Origin: Macrostomum lignano
Lineage: Eukaryota
DNA length: 64,000 nt
Reading direction: 5' to 3'
Assembly (NCBI GenBank): GCA_002269645.1
Contig: NIVC01002778.1
Coordinates: forward strand, 77,238 to 141,237
A program made the translations under genes and the position numbers. This document shows, one piece after another, positions 36,066 to 49,592 of the stretch. The notes beneath the pieces are model-generated. The model was not told the origin of the DNA. It did no database searches and worked only from the letters and a program-made list of their open reading frames with translations. Each line of letters begins with the position of its first letter. Position 1 is the first letter of the stretch.

Positions 36066-38345
36066 ACCAGTTTTTCTTATCTCTGTAATGTTTTTTCCGT
36101 ACTTAGTCTGTGGCAGTTACCCCCCCCCCGTGAAGTGATTTTTAAGCTACATGTACCATGGGGAATATTTATAGATTTTATGCTTACCTTAACAGCGGCC
36201 CTTATCTTTAGTTTAACACAAAAGGTATTAAATCTGTGTTTTATCTCTTCCCTTCTCTTTAAATTAAATTAAAGACACGGGACTTTCACCAATTGACGCA
36301 AAATTTTCGCCAAACAATAACAATATAGGATTCAATAATTGATATATATTTCTCCTTTCTCGTTCATTAAATGACTCCAGCCAATACGCGATCACGAGCT
36401 ATTTAAGCACGCTTTTAGCGTTTAATGCACGCTTTTACACATTTATATCGTGTTACAATACAGGACTCAATACTTGGTTTTGAGTGCCATAGACATTGAC
36501 ATATGGCCAAGCATTCTTAAATTGCTGACACTATTCATTGTCTATGGCCAAAAAGCAATCCTTCACCAATAACGCGACTGTGCAGTAAATCCCAAGCCGT
36601 GCTGTAAATTCCAACCACCGTGCTGTAAATTCCCGTACGTATTCAACTTATTAAATTTATTTAAGTCTACCTGAGCTAATGAGCTAATCCTGCCTACGCT
36701 ACTGTCTCAGTACCTGAGCTACTGACCCAATTCTACCTGAGCTACTGGTCCAATTCTACCTGAGCTACTGACCCAATTCTACCTGAGCTACTGGTCCAAT
36801 TCTACCTGAGCTACTGGTCCAATTCTACCTGAGCTAATGAGCTAATCCTGCCTACGCTACTGTCTCAGTACCTGAGCTACTGACCCAATTCTACCTGAGC
36901 TACTGGTCCAATTCTACCTGAGCTACTGGTCCAATTCTACCTGAGCTACTGAACCAATTCTACCTGAGCTAGTGAACCAATTCTGCCTGAGCTACTGAAC
37001 CAATTCTACCTGAGCTAGTGAACCAATTCTACCTGAGCTAATGAGCTAATCCTGCCTACGCTACTGTCTCAGTACCTGAGCTACTGACCCAATTCTACCT
37101 AAGCTACTGGTTTAATTCTAACTGAGCTACTGAGAAAATTCTATCTGAGCTACTGAGAAAATTCTACCTGAGCTACTGAGAAAATTCTATCTGAGCTACT
37201 GAGAAAATTCTATCTGAGCTACTGAGAAAATTCTATCTGAGCTACTGAGAAAATTCTATCTGAGCTACTGAGAAAATTCTATCTGAGCTACTGAGAAAAT
37301 TCTATCTGAGCTACTGAGAAAATTCTACCTGAGCTACTGGTCCAATTCTACCTGAGCTAGTGAACCAATTCTACCTGAGCTAGTGAACCAATTCTGCCTG
37401 AGCTACTGAACCAATTCTACCTGAGCTAGTGAACCAATTCTACCTTAGCTAGTGAACCAATTCTACCTGAGCTACTGACCCAATTCTACCTGAGCTACTG
37501 AACCAATTCTACCTGAGCTAGTGAACCAATTCTACCTGAGCTACTGAACCAATTCTACCTGAGCTACTGAACCAATTCTACCTGAGCTAGTGAACCAATT
37601 CTACCTGAGCTAGTGAACCAATTCTGCCTGAGCTAGTGAACCAATTCTGCCTGAGCTAGTGAACCAATTCTGCCTGAGCTACTGAACCAATTCTACCTGA
37701 GCTAGTGAACCAATTCTACCTGAGCTAGTGAACCAATTCTGCCTGAGCTAGTGAACCAATTCTGCCTGAGCTAGTGAACCAATTCTGCCTGAGCTACTGA
37801 ACCAATTCTACCTGAGCTAGTGAACCAATTCTACCTGAGCTACTGAACCAATTCTACCTAAGCTACTGAACTAATTCTATCAGCTGAGGTACCGAAATTT
37901 AGGACTGAAACTTACATGTTCGCAGGCAAAAATATTTTCCATTGCTGTTGTCACTTAATTAAAATAAATTGTAAAGCCCTCTTATCCCTCTTATAGTCTA
38001 TGCGTGCGGTAAATTCCAATCTATCTATGTCTATGGCTAAAACCAGAAGAATGCTTTGGTTATCTAAAGATAAATCTACCATTTAAGCACGATTTTAGTG
38101 TGCATTAAATGCTTTTAGCGTTTAATGCACACTTTTACACATTTATATTGTGTTACAATAAGGGGTGTGCAAACACCAGTTTTTCTTATCTCTGTAATGT
38201 TACTTTTTCCTACTTAGGCCGTTACCCCCCGTGGAGTGATTTTTAAGCTACATGTACCATGGGGAATATCTATAGATTTTATTCTTACCTTAACAGCGGC
38301 CCAATTAACTTTAGTTTAACACAAAAGGATTAAACTTATTTATTG
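36066..38345. repeat. Two dispersed duplicated blocks in permuted order (A 36066-36235, B 36400-36460; B' 38083-38160, A' 38175-38345)
   Basis: Shared strings accagtttttcttatctctgtaatgtt, aagctacatgtaccatggggaatat, ttttagcgtttaatgcac. Confidence 0.7.
36667..37880. repeat. 23-bp minisatellite (ctacctgagctactgaaccaatt)
   Basis: About 50 copies with variant blocks (gagaaaatt, ggtccaatt). Confidence 0.95.
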
Positions 38346-39050
38346 ATTATATCATAACTAATACTAAAGTCGAATTCATAAATAGTCTTCTGAAAACTCA
38401 ATTGCTGTTCTTTAAGTCCTACATAGAATATTAGTTCTATACTGTGTTTAATATACTCATTTGTACTCTCTGTAAACCATTTGTCTACGTGTTCTCTACA
38501 TTTTATCATTAATCCAAGTTAAAACTAAATAAACCTAGCACTTGATGTAGCATTCACGTAATGGTTATATCTATATCTATCTCTAGAAGGTTAGCAGAGA
38601 GACGTGCTTTTATCTCTGTGATGTTTCTACAATAGGGCACCGCCCTCTGTGGAAACGGGTTCTGGAAGGGGACTTGGGAAAGGGGATTCTGTGGAAACGG
38701 GTTTAAGGGTTAGGTTTTCTGGGGGGGGGGAAGGGGTTCTGGGAAGGATTCTAAAGAAGAGGATACTCAAAGGCGGAAACCCATCCGAAGGCTCGCCAAT
38801 CAGATAAAGTGGTAATTTAAGAACCACCAGATGCAGGACGTCAGCTTCTGTATCTGCAGCATCTGATCAGAACTTCGGTTTTAGTAAATTTTTTAAACCG
38901 TTAATGTCAAAACATGTTGAATGTGTCAAACAAAAAGATCGACCAGCCAACACCAAGGGGCGCCAGGGTTTCCTTGGAAAATGAGCACGAGTTCTCAGTA
39001 TCTAAGCGGCGGGAAAGTGGAGAGGAATTCCATTGAAGAAAGTTTTTTAG

Positions 39051-39194
39051 CAGAGCATGGAGGTCGTGGCCGCTCTGATGTGGGCCCTGAGAGACGCCAT
39101 CAAGCTGGATGACACGGTCGGCGAGTGGCGGACCGATCCTGCACTGGGCCACCGCCTGGGCCTCGCTGTGATGACACACCTGGGCTGCAGCCAG
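39051..39194 (+). other. Orphan exon-like segment (QSMEVVAALMWALRDAIKLDDTVGEWRTDPALGHRLGLAVMTHLGCSQ)
   Basis: ttttttag(cag) acceptor, GT donor at 39195 or 39202, third positions G/C-rich like the OGDH exons; no family recognised. Confidence 0.35.
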
Positions 39195-39334
39195 GTGTTA
39201 GGTATTTAAAACTTGCGTCTCTAAACAGGGCAAAACAATTCTTTATTGATTTAATTATTTTTAAGTTCCTAAAAATCACTACATTATTTATTAGCAATTA
39301 GCCATGTGACTAGTTAATGTTCTTTATGTGAACA

Positions 39335-39745
39335 GTGACTAGTTGTGAACAGCGTGACTAGATGTGAACAGTGTGACTAGATGCAAACAGCGTGACTAGA
39401 TGCAAACAGCGTGACTAGATGTGAACAGCGTGAGTAGATATGAACAGTGTAACTAGATGTAAAGAGTGTGACTAGATGCAAACAGTGTGACTAGATGTGA
39501 AAAGCGTGACTAGATGCAAACAGCGTGACTAGATGTGAACAGCGTGACTAGATGCAAACAGCGTGACTAGATGTGAACAGCGTGACTAGATGTGAACAGC
39601 GTGAGTAGATATGAACAGTGTAACTAGATGTAAAGAGTGTGACTAGATGCAAACAGTGTGACTAGATGCAAACAGTGTGACTAGATGCGAACAGTGTGAC
39701 TAAATGCAAACAGTGTGACTAGATGCAAACAGTGTGACTAGATGT
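39335..39745. repeat. 19-bp minisatellite (gtgactagatgcaaacagt)
   Basis: About 21 tandem copies. Confidence 0.93.
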
Positions 39746-41132
39746 GAGAATTCCTTGCCGCCTCTCTCCTACAATTCTCTCCTGCCGCCTTTCTCCTCTC
39801 TCTTTCTCTCCTTCTCACTGTCGCCTCTCTCCTTCTCTTCCCGTCTCTATCCCCTTGTTTCGTATCAAGAAAGCGCTTCAATATTTTAGCCTTTTCATTT
39901 TTGGTGACGCGATTGCCTGACATCATTAACAATTAATCAACGATTAATCGAAGCACTTAAGTCAATATATATGACAACTAGCAAGTATGGCTTAAAATCT
40001 CGTTCATGATGTGCTACTATAAAGGGAAAAGTAGTATAGTCAAGGAAGAATATGGATTCCTGGGCCATCCCATCCCCATCGGCTCAGCCAATAGGAGCGC
40101 ATTTTACACAGTTTTCCACGGAATTCCGCGGAAATTTGGACCCTTTCCACGGACCCAAGTGTGGCCTTCCAAAAGACCGAAGCTTAATTAAAAAAAGTAG
40201 AAAAATCCAGGTCTAAGTCCAGCACTCATTGCAATTGTACTCTAGAGTGATTGCTGCTCAAATGTTGAGCATTTTTCTTTTTTTGAAACGGTTTTTAAAC
40301 GCAAATAAATATATTCAATTAGTTTTCTGTTGTGTGCTGTTTTTTGATTTCTGATTTTACAACTAAAAAATAAGAGCGCAGAGCGGAGATGAAACTAAAA
40401 CAGCGGTGGTGTTGCCAGTCCGAGCAGAGGTGGGGCTGGGTCAATTGTGGGCAGACAGGCAGGCAGGTGTTAAATTCTATTTCACACAAGCAAAAATGTA
40501 ATTCCAGAGCTGTCCGGCCCCCGGTGTCCGGCCTGGCTACTATTAGTAGTGTGTGTTTGCAAAAAGGTGAAAAATACTACTTACTTGATTCTCAGCCTCG
40601 AAACCAATGATAAGCGTCTTCCAGGAGAAGGCAAAACTGCAAAAAAAAGAAATCCGAAAACCAAAAAAGCACAGACAGACAGCCAGAGAAAACACCGCAA
40701 AACAAAACCGAATTCCAAATAAAATTTTCTCTTTCTTCCAAAATTCAGTTCGAAAATGGGTGGGTCAAAAATAGCCAAGGTTGTTGATGAGGACAAAGCA
40801 GAAATTACACTAAAAAGTCAGGCGCGGACACGGGGGCAAGCCACTCTCATGTTTGCTAATATTAAATTAGACTCTACAATAAATAGTTGCAGGCTGTAGC
40901 GGGGGACACTATCTAGGCAATCCTATTTATATAATAAGTAGCTCCGTTAGTCTACTTGCCTCAATTCTACAATATTCATAATGACAATAATAAGTAGAAC
41001 TAATACGCCAAATTGTTGCATCTTCAAAGATCCTCAATCGGAAACTTTGCGCACTACTCGTTAGTAGCGATAGAAGATGGAGAAAAAAACCAGAGCGGTC
41101 AAGTCAGTTCTTAGAAACAGTTTTTCCTTCGC

Positions 41133-41380
41133 TCAGACTGGACTCATGGCGTCCTTGAGAAACTGGGCGATCTCCATCAGATGAAGCTGCTTGTTGCCAG
41201 CGGCGGCTGAGGCGGAGGGCGGCCGGCCAGCGTAGGAGACGTGGCGGTGAGTGCGGTCCGGACAGTGGCTGCGGATCAGGTTGTTCACCCGGGGCTGGAC
41301 ATAGAACCAGCTGCCCATGTTCTTGTGCTCCTCCTGCACCCACTGCACCCTGGCGAACGGGTACTTGTTGAGCTCCTTCA
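41133..41380 (-). CDS. OGDH: OGDH last exon
   Basis: KELNKYP..WVQEEHKNMG.W.YVQPR..YAGRPPSAS.A.G; acceptor gccgcag, phase 1; TGA at 41133. Confidence 0.92.
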
Positions 41381-41429
41381 CTGCGGCGCGGGGGGAGTTG
41401 AGTAGCGAAACTAGGGTTACCTTGGCGCT

Positions 41430-41680
41430 GATTGGTTGACAAGTTGGTAGATAAATAGGTACACCAATTGGTAGGGTAATTAGCAGACAAATTGGTAGGT
41501 AAATCGGTAGACTCTTTTGTAGGATAATGTGCAAACGAGTTGGTAGGCAAGTAGACAAGTTGGTAGGGAAATTGGTAGACAAGCTGGTAGGGTATATGGT
41601 AGACAAGTTGGTAGAGTATATGGTAGACAAGCTGGTAGGGTAATTGGTAGACAAGTTGGTAGGGTAATTGGTAGACTTAT
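41430..41680. repeat. 24-bp intronic minisatellite (gtagacaagttggtagggtaattg)
   Basis: Degenerate tandem copies in the last OGDH intron. Confidence 0.85.
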
Positions 41681-41845
41681 TGTTAGGTTAATTGATAAGA
41701 CCCAATAATCGGTTAACGGGCAGACACGTGTTTAGTCCTATTGGTAGACACATAAGTGGGCTAATTGCAATTGTTAGACACCACTAGAAAACTACTAGGG
41801 AGATGATAAATCGGCAGCCTTAACAGCAAGAAGTCGCTGACTCAC

Positions 41846-42544
41846 AGACAAGATCGTAGGGGAAGGGACTGATCTGTTCAACCCTGCAGATGGCGATGGT
41901 GTCATCCTGCCCGGTCCTCTCGCGCTCCTTCACCAGCTCGTAGTAGACTTTGCCGGTGCACAGCAGCAGCTTGACCACCTCCTTGGGGTCGGCCTTGGCC
42001 GGCGGTCCCTGGTCGGAAATGAGCCGCTGGAAGGAGCTGTCGCCAGTCATCTCGGCGAACGAGCTTCGAGCTTCCGGCAGGCGAAGCAGCGACTTCGGCG
42101 TCATCAGCACCAGCGGCTTGCGGAACGGCAGCAGCACCTGGCGGCGCATCAGGTGGAAATAATTAGCCGGTGTGGTGACGTTGCACACGAACCAGTTGAT
42201 GTCGTGCAGCTGCTGCATCATGAAGTCCTCGTCCAGCACGGGGATGTGATCAGGGTCGTCGTTGGACATCTGCAGGAAGCGCTCGAGGCGGGCGGAGCTG
42301 TGCTCGGGGCCCATGCCTTCGTAGCCGTGCGGCAGCAGCAGCACCAGGCCGCTCTGGCGAACCCACTTCTGCTGGCCGCTGCTCACGAACTGGTCGATGA
42401 TGCACTGGGCCGTGTTGTTGAAGTCGCCGAACTGCGCCTCCCACATGATCAGCGCGTTGGGATCGTTGAGGGAGTAGCCAAGCTCGAATCCCATGACGGC
42501 GTACTCGGATAGGCTGCTGTTGCACACGGTGTACGTGGCCTGGC
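41846..42544 (-). CDS. OGDH: OGDH exon
   Basis: [66 protein letters not shown]; 699 nt, phase 1/1. Confidence 0.97.
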
Positions 42545-42751
42545 CTGCGGGGTTGGGGAGAGTAGGCAGAATAGTAGGCAGAATAGTAGGCAGAATAGTA
42601 CCTCACACAGGGTGTACAGGGCATGCACACTCTCTTGGCCTTGGGGTTGGCCCTCAGCTGTGAATCGAACGACAGCCCGCCGGCCAACTTTCATGCACAG
42701 CCCCACAAATGAAGTTGGCCGCAAGAGTGCTCAAGAGGTGCTCAATAACTG

Positions 42752-43250
42752 ACTATAAAGTAGACAAAATGGTAGACCACAAAGTAGACACAATGGTAGA
42801 CTATAAAGTAGACACAATGGTAGACTATAAAGTAGACACAATAGTAGACTATAAAGTAGACACAATGGTAGACCACAAAGTAGACACAATGGTAGACTAT
42901 AAAGTAGACACAATGGTAGACCACAAAGTAGACACAATGGTAGACTATAAAGTAGACACAATGGTAGACCACAAAGTAGACACAATGGTAGACTATAAAG
43001 TAGACACAATGGTAGACTATAAAGTATACACAATAGTAGACTATAAAGTAGACACAATGGTAGACTATAAAGTAGACACAATGGTAGAGTATAAAGTAGA
43101 TACAATGGTACACTATAAAGTAGACACAATTGTAGACTATAAAGTAGACACAATGGTAGACTTTAAAGTAGACACAATGGTAGAGTATAAAGTAGACACA
43201 ATGGTAGACTATAAAGTAGACACAATGGTAGACTATAAAGTAGACACAAC
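42752..43250. repeat. 24-bp intronic minisatellite (aaagtagacacaatggtagactat)
   Basis: About 21 copies. Confidence 0.95.
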
Positions 43251-43278
43251 AGTATGCCACAAAGCCAGCAGGACTCAC

Positions 43279-43753
43279 CCTGCTCAATATTATTCAGCGG
43301 CACGTAGGTGGCTAAGTCCTTCTCCTGGTCGTGCAGCACGTGGTGCCGGTGCGAGAAGGTGCCGCGCTCAACGTCCTGGCCGGACAGCCTGACATGGTAG
43401 CCCTCGGTGAGCAGGCTGCCGAAGGCGAAGGCTTCGCCCATGGCCCAGTCGGCCTGCTCGTGCTCCAGCAGCTCGGCCCGACCGCGCAGGGTTCGCTTCA
43501 GACCAGGATGAAGCTTGAAGCCCTGCGGCACGGTAGAGAACACCTGGCCGATCTTGTTCAGCCTGTCCAACGTCACTGATGTAGCCGGAGCTTTCATCGC
43601 GTCGCGGCCTTCGAAGAAGCCGTCCCAGGGCGAGTCCAGCCAGTCGCGGTTGCGCACGCCCTTCACGGACTTCGCGTTGGTGAAGGCGTCTTCGCACACC
43701 TTGTCGTAGCGCTGGCTCTCCTCGTCGTATTCCGCCTGAGTCACCGTGCCCTC
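43279..43753 (-). CDS. OGDH: OGDH exon
   Basis: DWLDSPW..DWAMGEAFAFGSLL..VRLSGQDVERGTFSHRHHVLHDQ; 475 nt, phase 0/1. Confidence 0.97.
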
Positions 43754-43769
43754 CTGCAGGGACAGATGG

Positions 43770-44850
43770 GGATTTTAGTGTCTTGGGGAATTCTCATCTG
43801 GGATAAATAGGGGATATTCTCATCTGGGATAAATAGGGGATATCAGTGTCTTGGGGAATTCTCATCTGGGATAAATAGGGGATATCAGTGTCTTGGGGAA
43901 TTCTCATCTGGGATAAATAGGGGATATTCTCATCTGGGATAAATAGGGGATATTCTCATCTGGGATAAATAGGGGATATCAGTGTCTTGGGGAATTCTCA
44001 TCTGGGATAAATAGGGGATATTAGTGTCCTGGGGAATCCTCATCTGGGATAAATAGGGGATTTTAGTGTCTTGGGGAATTATCATCTGGGATAATTAGGG
44101 GATTTTATTGTCCAGGGGAATCCTCATCTGGGATAAATAGGGGATTTTATTGTTCAGGGGAATCATCAGCTGGGATAAATAGGGGATATTAGTGTCTTGG
44201 GGAATTCTCATCTGGGATAAATAGGGGATTTTATTGTCCAGGGGAATCATCAGCTGGGATAAATAGGGGATTTCAATGTCTTGGGGAATTCTCATCTGGG
44301 ATAAATAGGGGATTTTAGTGTCCTGGGGAATCCTCATCTGGGATGAATAGGGGATATTAGTGTCTTTGGGAATCCTCATCTGGGATAAATAGGGGATTTT
44401 ATTGGCCAGGGGAATACTCAGCTGGGATAAATAGGGGATTTCAGTGTCTTGGGGAATTCTCATCTGGGATAAATAGGGGATATTAGTGTCTTGGGGAATT
44501 CTCATCTGGGATGAAATAGGGGACATTAGTGTCTTGGGGAATTCTCATCTGGGATAAATAGGGGATATTAGTGTCTTGGGGAATCCTCATCTGGGATGAA
44601 TAGGGGATATTAGTGTCTTGGGGAATCCTCATCTGGGATAAATTGGGGATTTTAGTGTCTTGGGGAATCCTCATCTGGGATAAATAGGGGATCTCAGTGT
44701 CTTGGGGAATCCTCATCTGGGATAAATAGGGGATCTCAGTGTCTTGGGGAATTCTCATCTGGGATAAATAGGGGATCTCAGTGTCTTGGGGAATTCTTAT
44801 CTGGGATAAATAGGGGATTTTTGTGTCTTGGGGAATTCTCAGTTGGGATA
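43770..44850. repeat. 42-bp intronic minisatellite (ctcatctgggataaataggggatattagtgtcttggggaatt)
   Basis: About 26 copies with internal deletions. Confidence 0.95.
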
Positions 44851-44967
44851 AATTTGGGATTTTAGTTTAGTGGCTTAGGGCTGTGAAATCCTTTACTGAT
44901 ACATTCGATATCAGAATATCTTTCAAAATCCTTAAATGGGATAAATGAATAACAATAGGAGCCTTAC

Positions 44968-45270
44968 GCTAATCAGTTTCTCCAGGTACAGCTGCAGCAC
45001 ATTTTTGTGCTCCTTGATCTTCTTGTACATGAGCGGCTGCGTGAACATTGGCTCGTCCATCTCGTTGTGCCCGTTGCGCCTGTAGCAGACCAGGTCAATT
45101 ACAACGTCCTTGCCGAATCTGGCCCGCCACTCGGCCGCCACCCTGGCCACGTGAATCACCTCCTCCGGGTGGTCGGCGTTCACGTGCAGAATCGGGGCGT
45201 TCACAACTCGGGCCACGTCTGTGCAGTAGGGGCTGGAGCGCGCCACTCGGGGGTCAGTGGTGAAGCCCAC
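44968..45270 (-). CDS. OGDH: OGDH exon
   Basis: [46 protein letters not shown]; 303 nt, phase 0/0. Confidence 0.97.
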
Positions 45271-45339
45271 CTGGTGAACGGAATTCGGTATTCTGATTTT
45301 TAATACCAATGCTTAAGGTCACTTGAGAGGCGCTGCATT

Positions 45340-45717
45340 TCCCTCAGGTAGCACTGCAAATCCCTCAGGTAGCACTGCAAATCCCTCAGGTAGCACTGCA
45401 AATCCCTCAGGTAGCACTGCAAATCCCTCAGGTAGCACTGCAAATCCCTCAGGTAGCACTGCAAATCCCTCAGGTAGCACTGCAAATCCCTCAGGTAGCA
45501 CTGCAAATCCCTCAGGTAGCACTGCAAATCCCTCAGGTAGCACTGCAAATCCCTCAGGTAGCACTGCAAATCCCTCAGGTAGCACTGCAAATCCCTCAGG
45601 TAGCACTGCAAATCCCTCAGGTAGCGCTGCAAATCCCTCAGGTAGCACTGCAAATCCCTCAGGTAGCACTGCAAATCCCTCAGGTAGCGCTGCAAATCCC
45701 TCAGGTAGCGCTGCAAA
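45340..45717. repeat. 21-bp intronic minisatellite (cctcaggtagcactgcaaatc)
   Basis: About 18 near-identical copies. Confidence 0.97.
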
Positions 45718-45727
45718 GCGAACCCAC

Positions 45728-46274
45728 CTGGTTATTAACCACAATATGCACGGTGCCGTGAGTGGAGTAGTTGGGCAGGTCAGACAGATGGAAAGTCTCC
45801 AACACGACGCCCTGGCCGCAGAAGGCGGCGTCGCCGTGCAGCAGGATGGACATGACCTTCTTGCCGTCCTTGTCGCCTCGGTAGAACTGCTCCGAGTAGG
45901 TCTTGCCCTGACACACCGGGTCCACCGCCTCCAGGTGAGACGGATTAGCCAGCACGCTAATCTTCACTTTCTTATTATTCAGGCGGTTGATCCTCTCGTG
46001 ACACATGCCCAGGTGGTACTTCACGTCGCCGGAGCCCTCGTCCATGGCTTTGAGCTTGGAGTCGAACTGGCAGAACAGATTCTCCAGCGGCTTGCGGGCC
46101 ACATTGGCCAGGACGTTCAGCCTGCCGCGGTGGGGCATGCCGATGTTGAAGCTCTCCACGCCCAGGTCCGAGGACACGTCAATCACGGTCTTCATGGCCG
46201 GGATCATCACCTCGGCGCCCTCCAGGCCGAACCGCTTCTCTGCCGACCACTTGCGGGCCAGGAACTCCTCGAAT
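45728..46274 (-). CDS. OGDH: OGDH exon with ThDP-binding motif
   Basis: [60 protein letters not shown]; 547 nt, phase 2/0. Confidence 0.98.
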
Positions 46275-46321
46275 CTGGGGGGGAGGGGGGGCGGAGTGCT
46301 TGAGACTGAATGCTGCATCTA

Positions 46322-46720
46322 TGGGGTGACGCCTGACCCGCCTGTCTGATGCTGGGGTGACGCCTGACCCACCTGTCTGATGCTGGGTGTGCAGGCCTGA
46401 CCCACCTGTCTGATGCTGGGGTGACGTCTGACCCACCTGTCTGATGCTGGGGTGACGCCTGACCCACCTGTCTGATGCTGGGTGTGCAGGCCTGACCCAC
46501 CTGTCTGATGCTGGGGTGACGCCTGACCCACCTGTCTGATGCTGGGGTGACGCCTGACCCACCTGTCTGATGCTGGGGTGACGCCTGACACACCTGTCTG
46601 ATGCTGGGGTGACTCCTGACCCATCTGTCTGATGCTGGGTGTGCAGGCCTGACCCACCTGTCTGATGCTGGGGTGACGCCTGACCCATCTGTCGGATGCT
46701 GGGTGTGCAGGCCTGACCCA
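46322..46720. repeat. 31/34-bp intronic minisatellite (ctgacccacctgtctgatgctggggtgacgc)
   Basis: About 12 copies, two unit variants. Confidence 0.93.
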
Positions 46721-46776
46721 CTCATTCCATCGAACAGCCCACCCTGACCCAGAAGACCCAAAAGCCGCTGACCCAC

Positions 46777-47032
46777 CTGGTAGACCGGATCAGCCGGGCC
46801 AGCAGCAGCCGCTTCTCATCAGGCGTGATGCTCATAACTCCAGGCGTTTCAAACTTCTCCCTGAGCCATTCGCACTGCTCGTGATTGTTAATAAACATGA
46901 ACTCGGCCCCGATATATTTGCAGTACACATTCTCCAGCCGGTTAATGATCTCCTTGAGCTGCAGCTCGACCTCCTCTCCCCCAATTAGAGTGGTCTGCGG
47001 CAGCCGGAACCGCTTCTCCATGTCCTCCTTGG
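46777..47032 (-). CDS. OGDH: OGDH exon 4
   Basis: [45 protein letters not shown]; 256 nt, phase 1/2. Confidence 0.95.
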
Positions 47033-47637
47033 CTGCGTTGGTCAAGGATGGTTTTGTTAAGAGCGCCAATCTTTGTTAACAAACCCAGGACAAATTGGTG
47101 TTGCTCAAAAGCTACTGAGACAACAGAATTCATCTAATTAAAAACAGAACTCATCAGGGATGAAGGAACATTATAGAAAACTTGGGGTGAATACGCTTGC
47201 GCTTGTAAATATAACTGACACTGTGCATCGGGATTTCAAAAGCTTTTCCTATACTTACTACTCACTCTTATTCAGTTTCAGTAGTCTGTTTAGCGCGCAT
47301 TTATTAAAGGGATTTTTTTTAAAAAAAGTTTGCGGTAATATTGACATCAAAATACATGTACAGTGCAAGGATTATTCACTTCGGGCAAAGCACAGATAAG
47401 ATGAAGAAGTTCCTCTTTAGAGCAGCTCAGCGTCACTGCAATACCAGACTATTGATTTTTCTTCTTTATGCTGGTAAGAACTTCTCTCAATCGAATTAAT
47501 GGAACACTTGTTTTGACTAGAAAGTTAAAAAATAAATTACGACAGACATCTAAGAAGACTGGAGTAAGCGAGCAAGTGAGATACAGGTGAGTATGCAAGG
47601 TGGACAAAGGGGAGGAGGTGATAACAGTTCGGCTTAC

Positions 47638-47679
47638 AGATCCAACTGTACATTGCCGCCCGACAGAATGCGGGGAAGC
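47638..47679 (-). CDS. OGDH: Candidate alternative OGDH micro-exon B (42 nt, (G)FPAFCRAAMYSWI(S))
   Basis: ctaattgcag acceptor, ATCT|GTAAGC donor, phase 1/1, no stop. Confidence 0.55.
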
Positions 47680-47809
47680 CTGCAATTAGCAAAGTACATT
47701 GCGGTGTGCGTGCCAGTTGAGCTGAAATTCAGCCTCTAATTTTGTGGGTCGATTCGGCAGTTTTGAGTTTAACACAGGACTGAATTAGTGTGTCTGAATA
47801 AAGGGGTTT

Positions 47810-49592
47810 GGACTGCGCGTCTGTGAGAACTTGGATTGGCTGTGTGTGGGGATTTGGACTGGCTGTCTGTGGGGATTTGGATTGGCTGTGTGTGGGGATT
47901 TGGACTGGCTGTCTGTGGGGATTTGGATTGGCTGTGTGTGGGGATTTGGACTGGCTGTCTGTGGGGATTTGGATTGGCTGTGTGTGGGGATTTGGACTGG
48001 CTGTCTGTGGGGATTTGGATTGACTGTGTGTGGGGATTTGGACTGGCTGTCTGTGGGGATTTGGATTGACTGTGTGTGGGGATTTGGACTGGCTGTCTGT
48101 GGGGATTTGGATTGGCTGTCTGTGAGGACTTGGATTGGCTGTCTGTGAGAACTTGGATTGGCTGTCTGTGAGGATTTGGATTGACTGTCTGTGAGAACTT
48201 GGATTGGCTGTCTGTGAGAACTTGGATTGGCTGTCTGTGAGAACTTGGATTGGCTGTCTGTGAGGATTTGGATTGACTGTGTGTGGGGATTTGGACTGGC
48301 TGTCTGTGGGGATTTGGATTGGCTGTCTGTGAGGATTTGGACTGACTGTCTGTGAGGATTTGGACTGGTTGTCTGTGAGGATTTGGACTGGCTGTCTGTG
48401 GGGATTTGGACTGGCTGTCTGTGAGGATTTGGATTGACTGTCTGTGAGGATTTGGACTGGCTGTCTGTGAGGATTTGGACTGGTTGTCTGTGAGGATTTG
48501 GACTGGCTGTCTGTGGGGATTTGGACTGGTTGTCTGTGAGGATTTGGGCTGACTGTCTGTGAGGATTTGGACTGGTTGTCTGTGAGGATTTGGATTGGCT
48601 GTCTGTGGGGATTTGGACTGGCTGTCTGTGAGGATTTGGATTGGCTGTCTGTGGGGATTTGGACTGGCTGTCTGTGGGGATTTGGACTGGTTGTCTGTGA
48701 GGATTTGGACTGGCTGTCTGTGGGGATTTGGACTGGCTGTCTGTTGGGATTTGGACTGGTTGTCTGTGAGGATTTGGACTGGCTGTCTGTGGGGATTTGG
48801 ACTGGCTGTCTGTTGGGATTTGGACTGGTTGTCTGTGAGGATTTGGACTGGTTGTCTGTGAGGATTTGGACTGGCTGTCTGTGAGGATTTGGATTGGTTG
48901 TCTGTGAGGATTTGGGCTGACTGTCTGTGAGGATTTGGACTGGTTGTCTGTGAGGATTTGGACTGGCTGTCTGTGGGGATTTGGACTGGCTGTCTGTGAG
49001 GATTTGGATTGACTGTCTGTGAGGATTTGGACTGGCTGTCTGTGAGGATTTGGACTGGTTGTCTGTGAGGATTTGGACTGGCTGTCTGTGGGGATTTGGA
49101 CTGGTTGTCTGTGAGGATTTGGGCTGACTGTCTGTGAGGATTTGGACTGGTTGTCTGTGAGGATTTGGATTGGCTGTCTGTGGGGATTTGGACTGGCTGT
49201 CTGTGAGGATTTGGATTGGCTGTCTGTGGGGATTTGGACTGGCTGTCTGTGGGGATTTGGACTGGTTGTCTGTGAGGATTTGGACTGGCTGTCTGTGGGG
49301 ATTTGGACTGGCTGTCTGTTGGGATTTGGACTGGTTGTCTGTGAGGATTTGGACTGGCTGTCTGTGGGGATTTGGACTGGCTGTCTGTTGGGATTTGGAC
49401 TGGTTGTCTGTGAGGATTTGGACTGGCTGTCTGTTGGGATTTGGACTGGTTGTCTGTGAGGATTTGGACTGGCTGTCTGTGGGGATTTGGATTGGTTGTC
49501 TGTGAGGATTTGGGCTGACTGTCTGTGAGGATTTGGACTGGCTGTCTGCGGGGATTTGGACTGGCTGTCTGTGGGGATTTGGACTGGTTGTC
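47810..49592. repeat. 23-bp intronic minisatellite (tggactggctgtctgtggggatt)
   Basis: About 77 copies; a ~575-bp block is duplicated within the array. Confidence 0.97.
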
